From Lytechinus pictus (taxonomy: Eukaryota), in contig NC_087250.1 in NCBI RefSeq assembly GCF_037042905.1, positions 11,224,001-11,288,000 of the forward strand: 64,000 nt of DNA. Reading direction: 5' to 3'. Positions 51,301 to 64,000 of this stretch are shown one piece after another; positions within the stretch are counted from its first letter, which is position 1, and each line of letters starts with the position of its first letter. Below the pieces are notes generated by a model that made no database searches, was not told where the DNA came from, and worked only from the letters and a program-made list of their open reading frames with translations. A program made the translations under genes and the position numbers.

Positions 51301-54300
51301 ATACTTGGAACTATTTGTATAGTTTCAGAGGTTGGTCTGATTTGAAATAAGTAATTTTAGAAAATCAAAAATTATAATTGTTTTATTGTCAGTACACTAA
51401 ATATCAATGGATTTTTGGTTCGTACTTAAACTCCGGGTTAATCAAGGCGACATAACGTTGTATTGAACATATCTAATTTCATGAAGATTTTTTTTCCCAT
51501 TGGTATAATACACAGAAATCAAACTTATTGACTTTCTTCTAATTACAGTCAAAAGTACATTAAAATATGAATACATGAACGTGTATACTTACGGTCTGTC
51601 AATTAAGATGAGGAAAAAGAGAAAGAATAACAAGAATAAAAAAACAACATTGAGGAATATTTTGGAAAACGTAGTTCGAAACGTTCTTGGAACTATTTGT
51701 AAGGTTTCAGAGGTTGGTCTGATTAAAAAAAGGGTAATTTTGGAGAATCAAAAAATATAATTGTTTTAATGTCAGTACACTAAATATCAATGGATTTTTG
51801 TTCGTACTTAAACTCCGGGTTAATCAAGGCGACATTACGTTGTATTGAACATATCTAATTTAATGAAGAATTTTTTTTTCCATTGATATATTAAATAGAC
51901 AGAGTCAAGCTTTATATTGACATTAGTTTAAGGAATAGTCCAAACTACATTAAATAATAATTTCATTTGGTTGTATACTCACATACTGTCAATTAAGATG
52001 AGGAAAAAGGGAAAGAATAACAAGAATATAAAAATATTAAGGAATATTTTTGAAAAAGAACTTGGAAACATACTTGGAACTATTTGTATAGTTTCAGAGG
52101 TTGGTCTGATTTGAAATAAGTAATTTTAGAAAATCAAAAATTATAATTGTTTTATTGTCAGTACACTAAATATCAATGGATTTTGGTTCGTACTTAAACT
52201 CCGGGTTAATCAAGGCGACATAACGTTGTATTGAACATATCTAATTTCATGAAGATTTTTTTTCCCATTGGTATAATACACAGAAATCAAACTTATTGAC
52301 TTTCTTCTAATGACAGTCAAAAGTACATTAAAATATGAATACATGAACGTGTATACTTACGGTCTGTCAATTAAGATGAGGAAAAAGAGAAAGAATAACA
52401 AGAATAAAAAAACAACATTGAGGAATATTTTGGAAAACGTAGTTCGAAACGTTCTTGGAACTATTTGTAAGGTTTCAGAGGTTGGTCTGATTAAAAAAAG
52501 GGTAATTTTGGAGAATCAAAAAATATAATTGTTTTAATGTCAGTACACTAAATATCAATGGATTTTTGTTCGTACTTAAACTCCGGGTTAATCAAGGCGA
52601 CATTACGTTGTATTGAACAGATCTAATTTAATGAAGATTTTTTTTTCCATTAATATATTAAATAAACAGAAATAAAGCTTATTGACTTTTATGTAAAGAA
52701 TAGTCAAAAGTACATTAAAATACAAATACATGAAGGCGTATACTTACCGACTGTCAAATAAGATAAGGAAAAAGAGAAAGAATAACAAGAATATAAAAAT
52801 ATTAAGGAATATTCTCGAAAACGTACTTCGAAACGTACTTGGAACTATTTGTATGGTTTCAGAGGTTTGTCTGATTTGAAATAAGTAATTTTTAAAAATA
52901 AAAAAATATAATTGTTTTATTGTCAGTGCACTAAATATCAATGGATTTTTGTTCGTACTTATACTCTAGGTTAATCAAGGCGACCTTGTGTTGTATTGAA
53001 CATATCTAATTTCATGAAGATTTTTTTTCCCATTGGTATAATACACAGAAATCAAACTTATTGACTTTCCTCTAATGACAGTCAAAAGTACATTAAAATA
53101 TGAATACATGAACGTGTATACTTACGGTCTGTCAATTAAGATGAGGAAAAAGAGAAAGGATAACAAGAATAAAAAAACAACATTGAGGAATATTTTGGAA
53201 AACGTAGTTCGAAACGTTCTTGGAACTATTTGTAAGGTTTCAGAGGTTGGTCTGATTAAAAAAAGGGTAATTTTGGAGAATCAAAAAATATAATTGTTTT
53301 AATGTCAGTACACTAAATATCAATGGATTTTTGTTCGTACTTAAACTCCGGGTTAATCAAGGCGACATTACGTTGTATTGAACAGATCTAATTTAATGAA
53401 GATTTTTTTTTTCCATTGGTATATTAAATACACGGAAATCATGCTTATTGACTTTCCTCTAAAAAATAGTCAAAGAACATTAAAATATGAATACATAAAC
53501 GTGCATACTTACGCGCTGTCAAATAAGATAAGGAAAAGAAAAAGAATAACAAGAATATAAAAACATTAAGGAATATTCTCGAAAACGTACTTTGAAACGT
53601 ACTTGAAACTATTTGTATGGTTTCAGAGGTTAGTCTGATTTGAAATAAGTAATTTTAGAGAATCGAAAAATAGAATTATTTTATTGTCATGACACTAAAT
53701 ATCATTTTTTTTTTCATTTATACTGTGTTTAATCAAGGTGACTGTACGTTGTGTTTAATATATCTGATTTAATAAATTATTTTATTGTCATTACACTAGA
53801 TATAATTGGATTTTTTTCATCGTACTTATACTGTGGTTTGATCAAAGTAACCGTACGCTGTATTAAACATATTTGATTACATAAAGATTTTTTTTTCTAT
53901 TTATATATTAAATAGACAGAGTCAAGCTTTATATTGACATTCCTTTAAGGAATAGTCCAAACTACATTATATAATAATTTCATTTGGTTGTATACTCAGA
54001 TCCTGTCAATTAAGATGAGGAAAAAGGGAAAGAATAACAAGAATATAAAAATATTAAGGAATATTTTCGAAAAATAACTTGGAAACATACTTGGAACTAT
54101 TTGTATAGTTTTAGAGGTTGTTCTGATTTGAAATAAGTAATTTTAGAAATTCAAAAATTATAATTGTTTTATTGTCAGTACACTAAATATCAATGGATTT
54201 TGGTTCGTACTTAAACTCCGGGTTAATCAAGGCGACATAACGTTGTATTGAACATATCTAATTTCATGAAGATTTTTTTTCCCATTGGTATAATACACAG

Positions 54301-57059
54301 AAATCAAACTTATTGACTTTCTTCTAATTACAGTCAAAAGTACATTAAAATATGAATACATGAACGTGTATACTTACGGTCTGTCAATTAAGATGAGGAA
54401 AAAGAGAAAGAATAACAAGAATAAAAAAACAACATTGAGGAATATTTTGGAAAACGTAGTTCGAAACGTTCTTGGAACTATTTGTAAGGTTTCAGAGGTT
54501 GGTCTGATTAAAAAAAGGGTAATTTTGGAGAATCAAAAAATATAATTGTTTTAATGTCAGTACACTAAATATCAATGGATTTTTGTTCGTACTTAAACTC
54601 CGGGTTAATCAAGGCGACATTACGTTGTATTGAACAGATCTAATTTAATGAAGATTTTTTTTTCCATTGATATATTAAATAGACAGAGTCAAGCTTTATA
54701 TTGACATTCCTTTAAGGAATAGTCCAAACTACATTAAATAATAATTTCATTTGGTTGTATACTCAGATCCTGTCAATTAAGATGAGGAAAAAGGGAAAGA
54801 ATAACAAGAATATAAAAATATTAAGGAATATTTTCGAAAAAGAACTTGGAAACATACTTGGAACTATTTGTATAGTTTCAGAGGTTGGTCTGATTTGAAA
54901 TAAGTAATTTTAGAAAACCAAAAATTATAATTGTTTTATTGTCAGTACACTAAATATCAATGGATTTTGGTTCGTACTTAAACTCCGGGTTAATCAAGGC
55001 GACATAACGTTGTATTGAACATATCTAATTTCATGAAGATTTTTTTTCCCATTGGTATAATACACAGAAATCAAACTTATTGACTTTCTTCTAATGACAG
55101 TCAAAAGTACATTAAAATATGAATACATAAACGTGCATACTTACGCGCTGTCAAATAAGATAAGGAAAAGAAAAAGAATAACAAGAATATAAAAACATTA
55201 AGGAATATTCTCGAAAACGTACTTTGAAACGTACTTGAAACTATTTGTATGGTTTCAGAGGTTAGTCTGATTTGAAATAAGTAATTTTAGAGAATCGAAA
55301 AAATGGAATTATTTTATTGTCATGGCACTAAATATCATTTTTTTTCATTTATACTGTGTTTAATCAAGGTGATTGTACGTTGTGTTTAATATATCTGATT
55401 TAATAAATTATTTTATTGTCATTACACTAGATATAATTGGATTTTTTTTCATCGTACTTATACTGTGGTTTGATCAAAGTAACCGTACGCTGTATTAAAC
55501 ATATTTGATTACATAAAGATTTTTTTTTCTATTTATATATTAAATAGACAGAGTCAAGCTTTATATTGACATTCCTTTAAGGAATAGTCCAAACTACATT
55601 AAATAATAATTTCATTTGGTTGTATACTCACATCCTGTCAATTAAGATGAGGAAAAAGTGAAAGAATAACAAGAATATAAAAATATTAAGGAATATTCTC
55701 AAAAACGTACTTTGAAACGTACTTGAAACTATTTGTATGGTTTCAGAGGTTAGTCTGATTTGAAATAAGTAATTTTAGAGAATTAAAAGATAGAATTGTT
55801 TTATTGTCAGTACATATCAATGGATTTTTGTTCGTACTTATACTCCAGGTTATTCAAGGTGACCTTACGTTGTATTGAACATACCTAATTTCATGAATAT
55901 TTTTTTTCCCATTGGTATAATACACAGAAATCAAACTTATTGACTTTCTTCTAATGACAGTCAAAAATACATTAAAATATGAATACATGAACGTGTATAC
56001 TTACCGACTGTCAATTAAGATGAGGAAAAAGAGAAAGAATAACAAAAATAAAAAAACAACATTGAGGAATATTTTGGAAAACGTAGTTCGAAACGTTCTT
56101 GGAACTATTTGTAAGGTTTCAGAGGTTGGTCTGATTAAAAAAAGGGTAATTTTGGAGAATCAAAAAATGTAATTGTTTTAATGTCAGTACACTAAATATC
56201 AATGGATTTTTGTTCGTACTTATACTCTAGGTTAATCAAAGGCGACCTTGTGTTGTATTGTACATATCTAATTTCATTAAGATTCTTTTTTCCATTGGTA
56301 TATTAGATACACGGAAATCAAGCTTATTGACTTTCCTCTAAAAAATAGTCAAAAGAACATTAAAATATGAATACATAAACGTGCATACTTACGCGCTGTC
56401 AAATAAGATAAGGAAAAGAAAAAGAATAACAAGAATATAAAAACATTAAGGAATATTCTCAAAAACGTACTTTGAAACGTACTTGAAACTATTTGTATGG
56501 TTTCAGAGGTTAGTCTGATTTGAAATAAGTAATTTTAGAGAATCAAAAGATATAATTGTTTTAATGTCAGTACACTAAATATCAATGGATTTTTGTTTGT
56601 ACTTAAACTCCAGGTTAATCAAGGCGACATTACGTTGTATTGAACATATCTAATTTAATGAAGATTTTTTTTTCCATTGATATATTAAATAAACAGAAAT
56701 AAAGCTTATTGACTTTTATGTAAAGAATAGTCAAAAGTACATTAAAATACAAATACATGAAGGCGTATACTCACCGGCTGTCAAATAAGATAAGGAAAAA
56801 GAGAAAGAATAACAAGAATATAAAAATATTAAGGAATATTCTCGAAAACGTACTTCGAAACGTACTTGGAACTATTTGTATGGTTTCAGAGGTTTGTCTG
56901 ATTTGAAATAAGTAATTTTTAGAAATAAAAAAATATAATTGTTTTATTGTCAGTGCACTAAATATCAATGGATTTTTGTTCGTACTTAAACTCCGGGTTA
57001 ATCAAGGCGACATTACGTTGTATTGAACAGATCTAATTTAATGAAGAATTTTTTTTCCA

Positions 57060-60000
57060 TTGATATATTAAATAAACAGAAATAAAGCTTATTGACTTTT
57101 ATGTAAAGAATAGTCAAAAGTACATTAAAATACAAATACATGAAGGCGTATACTCACCGGCTGTCAAATAAGATAAGGAAAAAGAGAAAGAATAACAAGA
57201 ATATAAAAATATTAAGGAATATTTTCGAAAAAGAACTTGGAAACATACTTGGAACTATTTGTATAGTTTCAGAGGTTGGTCTGATTTGAAATAAGTAATT
57301 TTAGAAAATCAAAAATTATAATTGTTTTATTGTCAGTACACTAAATATCAATGGATTTTGGTTCGTACTTAAACTCCGGGTTAATCAAGGCGACATAACG
57401 TTGTATTGAACATATCTAATTTCATGAAGATTTTTTTTCCCATTGGTATAATACACAGAAATCAAACTTATTGACTTTCTTCTAATGACAGTCAAAAGTA
57501 CATTAAAATATGAATACATAAACGTGCATACTTACGCGCTGTCAAATAAGATAAGGAAAAGAAAAAGAATAACAAGAATATAAAAACATTAAGGAATATT
57601 CTCAAAAACGTACTTTGAAACGTACTTGAAACTATTTGTATGGTTTCAGAGGTTAGTCTGATTTGAAATAAGTAATTTTTAAAAATAAAAAAATATAATT
57701 GTTTTATTGTCAGTGCACTAAATATCAATGGATTTTTGTTCGTACTTATACTCTAGGTTAATCAAGGCGACCTTGTGTTGTATTGTACATATCTAATTTC
57801 ATTAAGATTTTTTTTCCATTGGTATATTAAATACACGGAAATCAAGCTTATTGACTTTCCTCTAAAAAATAGTCAAAAGAACATTAAAATATGAATACAT
57901 AAACGTGCATACTTACGCGCTGTCAAATAAGATAAGGAAAAGAAAAAGAATAACAAGAATATACAAACATTAAGGAATATTCTCAAAAACGTACTTTGAA
58001 ACGTACTTGAAACTATTTGTATGGTTTCAGAGGTTAGTCTGATTTGAAAAAAGTAATTTTAGAGAATCAAAAGATAGAATTTTTTTATTGTCAGTACATA
58101 TCAATGGATTTTTGTTCGTACTTAAACTCCGGGTTAATCAAGGCGACATTACGTTGTATTGAACATATCTAATTTCATGAAGATTTTTTTTCCCATTGGT
58201 ATAATACACAGAAATCAAACTTTTTGACTTTCTTCTAATGACAGTCAAAAGTACATTAAAATATGAATACATGAACGTGTATACTTACGGTCTGTCAATT
58301 AAGATGAGGAAAAAGAGAAAGAATAACAAGAATAAAAAAACAACATTGAGGAATATTTTGGAAAACGTAGTTCGAAACGTTCTTGGAACTATTTGTAAGG
58401 TTTCAGAGGTTGGTCTGATTAAAAAAAGGGTAATTTGGGAGAATCAAAAAATATAATTGTTTTAATGTCAGTACACTAAATATCAATGGATTTTTGTTCG
58501 TACTTAAACTCCGGGTTAATCAAGGCGACATTACGTTGTATTGAACAGATTTAATTTAATGAATAATTTTTTTTCCATTGATATATAAAATAAACAGAAA
58601 TAAAGCTTATTGACTTTTATGTAAAGAATAGTCAAAAGTACATTAAAATACAAATACATGAAGGCGTATACTTACCGACTGTCAAATAAGATAAGGAAAA
58701 AGAGAAAGAATAACAAGAATATAAAAATATTAAGGAATATTCTCGAAAACGTACTTCGAAACGTACTTGGAACTATTTGTATGGTTTCAGAGGTTTGTCT
58801 GATTTGAAATAAGTAATTTTTAAAAATAAAAAAATATAATTGTTTTATTGTCAGTGCACTAAATATCAATGGATTTTTGTTCGTACTTATACTCTAGGTT
58901 AATCAAGGCGACCTTGTGTTGTATTGTACATATCTAATTTCATGAAGATTTTTTTTCCCATTGGTATAATACACAGAAATCAAACTTATTGACTTTCTTC
59001 TAATGACAGTCAAAAGTACATTAAAATATAAATACATGAACGTGTATACTTACGGTCTGTCAATTAAGATGAGGAAAAAGAGAAAGAATAACAAGAATAA
59101 AAAAACAACATTGAGGAATATTTTGGAAAACGTAGTTCGAAACGTTCTTGGAACTATTTGTAAGGTTTCAGAGGTTGGTCTGATTAAAAAAAGGGTAATT
59201 TTGGAGAATCAAAAAATATAATTGTTTTAATGTCAGTACACTAAATATCAATGGATTTTTGTTCGTACTTAAACTCCGGGTTAATCAAGGCGACATTACG
59301 TTGTATTGAACAGATCTAATTTAATGAAGAATTTTTTTTCCATTGATATATTAAATAGACAGAGTCAAGCTTTATATTGACATTCCTTTAAGGAATAGTC
59401 CAAACTACATTAAATAATAATTTCATTTGGTTGTATACTCACATCCTGTCAATTAAGATGAGGAAAAAGGGAAAGAATAACAAGAATATAAAAATATTAA
59501 GGAATATTTTCGAAAAAGAACTTGGAAACATACTTGGAACTATTTGTATAGTTTCAGAGGTTGGTCTGATTTGAAATAAGTAATTTTAGAAAATCAAAAA
59601 TTATAATTGTTTTATTGTCAGTACACTAAATATCAATGGATTTTGGTTCGTACTTAAACTCCGGGTTAATCAAGGCGACATAACGTTGTATTGAACATAT
59701 CTAATTTCATGAAGATTTTTTTTCCCATTGGTATAATACACAGAAATCAAACTTATTGACTTTCTTCTAATGACAGTCAAAAGTACATTAAAATATGAAT
59801 ACATGAACGTGTATACTTACCGACTGTCAATTAAGATGAGGAAAAAGAGAAAGAATAACAAAAATAAAAAAAAAACATTGAGGAAAATTTTGAAAACGTA
59901 GTTCGAAACGTTCTTGGAACTATTTGTAAGGTTTCAGAGGTTGGTCTGATTAAAAAAAGGGTAATTTTGGAGAATCAAAAAATATAATTGTTTTAATGTC

Positions 60001-63000
60001 AGTACACTAAATATCAATGGATTTTTGTTTGTACTTAAACTCCGGGTTAATCAAGGCGACATTACGTTGTATTGAACATATCTAATTTAATGAAGATTTT
60101 TTTTTCCATTGATATATTAAATAAACAGAAATAAAGCTTATTGACTTTTATGTAAAGAATAGTCAAAAGTACATTAAAATACAAATACATGAAGGCGTAT
60201 ACTCACCGGCTGTCAAATAAGATAAGGAAAAAGAGAAAGAATAACAAGAATATAAAAATATTAAGGAATATTTTCGAAAAAGAACTTGGAAACATACTTG
60301 GAACTATTTGTATAGTTTCAGAGGTTGGTCTGATTTGAAATAAGTAATTTTAGAAAATCAAAAATTATAATTGTTTTATTGTCAGTACACTAAATATCAA
60401 TGGATTTTGGTTCGTACTTAAACTCCGGGTTAATCAAGGCGACATAACGTTGTATTGAACATATCTAATTTCATGAAGATTTTTTTTCCCATTGGTATAA
60501 TACACAGAAATCAAACTTATTGACTTTCTTCTAATGACAGTCAAAAGTACATTAAAATATGAATACATAAACGTGCATACTTACGCGCTGTCAAATAAGA
60601 TAAGGAAAAGAAAAAGAATAACAAGAATATAAAAACATTAAGGAATATTCTCAAAAACGTACTTTGAAACGTACTTGAAACTATTTGTATGGTTTCAGAG
60701 GTTAGTCTGATTTGAAATAAGTAATTTTTAAAAATAAAAAAATATAATTGTTTTATTGTCAGTGCACTAAATATCAATGGATTTTTGTTCGTACTTATAC
60801 TCTAGGTTAATCAAGGCGACCTTGTGTTGTATTGTACATATCTAATTTCATTAAGATTTTTTTTCCATTGGTATATTAAATACACGGAAATCAAGCTTAT
60901 TGACTTTCCTCTAAAAAATAGTCAAAAGAACATTAAAATATGAATACATAAACGTGCATACTTACGCGCTGTCAAATAAGATAAGGAAAAGAAAAAGAAT
61001 AACAAGAATATACAAACATTAAGGAATATTCTCAAAAACGTACTTTGAAACGTACTTGAAACTATTTGTATGGTTTCAGAGGTTAGTCTGATTTGAAAAA
61101 AGTAATTTTAGAGAATCAAAAGATAGAATTTTTTTATTGTCAGTACATATCAATGGATTTTTGTTCGTACTTAAACTCCGGGTTAATCAAGGCGACATTA
61201 CGTTGTATTGAACATATCTAATTTCATGAAGATTTTTTTTCCCATTGGTATAATACACAGAAATCAAACTTTTTGACTTTCTTCTAATGACAGTCAAAAG
61301 TACATTAAAATATGAATACATGAACGTGTATACTTACGGTCTGTCAATTAAGATGAGGAAAAAGAGAAAGAATAACAAGAATAAAAAAACAACATTGAGG
61401 AATATTTTGGAAAACGTAGTTCGAAACGTTCTTGGAACTATTTGTAAGGTTTCAGAGGTTGGTCTGATTAAAAAAAGGGTAATTTGGGAGAATCAAAAAA
61501 TATAATTGTTTTAATGTCAGTACACTAAATATCAATGGATTTTTGTTCGTACTTAAACTCCGGGTTAATCAAGGCGACATTACGTTGTATTGAACAGATT
61601 TAATTTAATGAATAATTTTTTTTCCATTGATATATAAAATAAACAGAAATAAAGCTTATTGACTTTTATGTAAAGAATAGTCAAAAGTACATTAAAATAC
61701 AAATACATGAAGGCGTATACTTACCGACTGTCAAATAAGATAAGGAAAAAGAGAAAGAATAACAAGAATATAAAAATATTAAGGAATATTCTCGAAAACG
61801 TACTTCGAAACGTACTTGGAACTATTTGTATGGTTTCAGAGGTTTGTCTGATTTGAAATAAGTAATTTTTAAAAATAAAAAAATATAATTGTTTTATTGT
61901 CAGTGCACTAAATATCAATGGATTTTTGTTCGTACTTATACTCTAGGTTAATCAAGGCGACCTTGTGTTGTATTGTACATATCTAATTTCATGAAGATTT
62001 TTTTTCCCATTGGTATAATACACAGAAATCAAACTTATTGACTTTCTTCTAATGACAGTCAAAAGTACATTAAAATATAAATACATGAACGTGTATACTT
62101 ACGGTCTGTCAATTAAGATGAGGAAAAAGAGAAAGAATAACAAGAATAAAAAAACAACATTGAGGAATATTTTGGAAAACGTAGTTCGAAACGTTCTTGG
62201 AACTATTTGTAAGGTTTCAGAGGTTGGTCTGATTAAAAAAAGGGTAATTTTGGAGAATCAAAAAATATAATTGTTTTAATGTCAGTACACTAAATATCAA
62301 TGGATTTTTGTTCGTACTTAAACTCCGGGTTAATCAAGGCGACATTACGTTGTATTGAACAGATCTAATTTAATGAAGAATTTTTTTTCCATTGATATAT
62401 TAAATAGACAGAGTCAAGCTTTATATTGACATTCCTTTAAGGAATAGTCCAAACTACATTAAATAATAATTTCATTTGGTTGTATACTCACATCCTGTCA
62501 ATTAAGATGAGGAAAAAGGGAAAGAATAACAAGAATATAAAAATATTAAGGAATATTTTCGAAAAAGAACTTGGAAACATACTTGGAACTATTTGTATAG
62601 TTTCAGAGGTTGGTCTGATTTGAAATAAGTAATTTTAGAAAATCAAAAATTATAATTGTTTTATTGTCAGTACACTAAATATCAATGGATTTTGGTTCGT
62701 ACTTAAACTCCGGGTTAATCAAGGCGACATAACGTTGTATTGAACATATCTAATTTCATGAAGATTTTTTTTCCCATTGGTATAATACACAGAAATCAAA
62801 CTTATTGACTTTCTTCTAATGACAGTCAAAAGTACATTAAAATATGAATACATGAACGTGTATACTTACCGACTGTCAATTAAGATGAGGAAAAAGAGAA
62901 AGAATAACAAAAATAAAAAAAAAAACATTGAGGAAAATTTTGAAAACGTAGTTCGAAACGTTCTTGGAACTATTTGTAAGGTTTCAGAGGTTGGTCTGAT

Positions 63001-63320
63001 TAAAAAAAGGGTAATTTTGGAGAATCAAAAAATATAATTGTTTTAATGTCAGTACACTAAATATCAATGGATTTTTGTTTGTACTTAAACTCCGGGTTAA
63101 TCAAGGCGACATTACGTTGTATTGAACATATCTAATTTAATGAAGATTTTTTTTTCCATTGATATATTAAATAAACAGAAATAAAGCTTATTGACTTTTA
63201 TGTAAAGAATAGTCAAAAGTACATTAAAATACAAATACATGAAGGCGTATACTCACCGGCTGTCAAATAAGATAAGGAAAAAGAGAAAGAATAACAAGAA
63301 TATAAAAATATTAAGGAATA
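57060..63320. repeat. Near-identical tandem duplication of an 8-monomer higher-order unit (3049 bp)
   Basis: Four ORF pairs with identical translations are offset by exactly 3049 (57492/60541, 58238/61287, 58672/61721, 59003/62052) and share private variants. Boundaries are approximate. Confidence 0.92.
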
Positions 63321-64000
63321 TTCTCGAAAACGTACTTCGAAACGTACTTGGAACTATTTGTATGGTTTCAGAGGTTTGTCTGATTTGAAATAAGTAATTT
63401 TTAAAAATAAAAAAATATAATTGTTTTATTGTCAGTGCACTAAATATCAATGGATTTTTGTTCGTACTTATACTCTAGGTTAATCAAGGCGACCTTGTGT
63501 TGTATTGTACATATCTAATTTCATTAAGATTTTTTTTTCCATTGGTATATTAAATACACGGAAATCAAGCTTATTGACTTTCCTCTAAAAAATAGTCAAA
63601 AGAACATTAAAATATGAATACATAAACGTGCATACTTACGCGCTGTCAAATAAGATAAGGAAAAGAAAAAGAATAACAAGAATATACAAACATTAAGGAA
63701 TATTCTCAAAAACGTACTTTGAAACGTACTTGAAACTATTTGTATGGTTTCAGAGGTTAGTCTGATTTGAAAAAAGTAATTTTAGAGAATCAAAAGATAG
63801 AATTTTTTTATTGTCAGTACATATCAATGGATTTTTGTTCGTACTTAAACTCCGGGTTAATCAAGGCGACATTACGTTGTATTGAACATATCTAATTTCA
63901 TGAAGATTTTTTTTCCCATTGGTATAATACACAGAAATCAAACTTATTGACTTTCTTCTAATGACAGTCAAAAGTACATTAAAATATGAATACATGAACG

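Larger units (their letters stand above)
34005..64000. repeat. AT-rich tandem satellite array, ~383-bp monomer, roughly 75 monomers in the window, continuing past the right edge
   Basis: The landmarks ttaatcaagg(t/c)gac and aaacgtacttcgaaacgtacttggaacta recur every ~382-383 bp. The recurring spurious ORFs are spaced 383 and 765 bp apart (49194/49577; 52310/53075). Confidence 0.98.

Noticed and set aside
34214..63450. Many recurring 60-87 aa ORFs (e.g. MTVKSTLKYEY..., MIFSALTIKQL...)
   Set aside because: They are by-products of the satellite monomer, open and close with homopolymer indels, and have low-complexity composition.
34005..64000. CENP-B box in the satellite
   Set aside because: TTCG-containing motifs occur, but I did not find the TTCG-N4-A-N2-CGGG consensus.

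Overview
Eukaryotic (metazoan) genomic DNA, AT-rich and repeat-dominated. The repeat types look sea-urchin/echinoderm-like, but that is an impression, not a search result. There are no prokaryotic-style genes, and nearly all supplied ORFs are spurious. The main coding content is a spliced minus-strand gene that the ORF track mostly misses. It has five GT-AG exons (33969-33634, 29358-29117, 15196-15086, 12732-12582 and a 21-nt microexon 11498-11478) that join in frame into 287 stop-free codons. These encode a ZU5 domain, an HFS motif and a UPA-like region (UNC5CL/PIDD-like architecture). The gene's upstream intron is filled by at least 30 kb of ~383-bp satellite (about 34.0 kb to the window end), with two sequence layers and 4-mer and 8-mer higher-order duplications. 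The left half is a dense set of nested non-autonomous DNA transposons with readable TIRs and TSDs (hAT, Tc1/mariner, piggyBac, PIF/Harbinger, Kolobok-like, long-TIR foldback types), decayed LINE fragments, and possible 5' exons of a plus-strand transcript.
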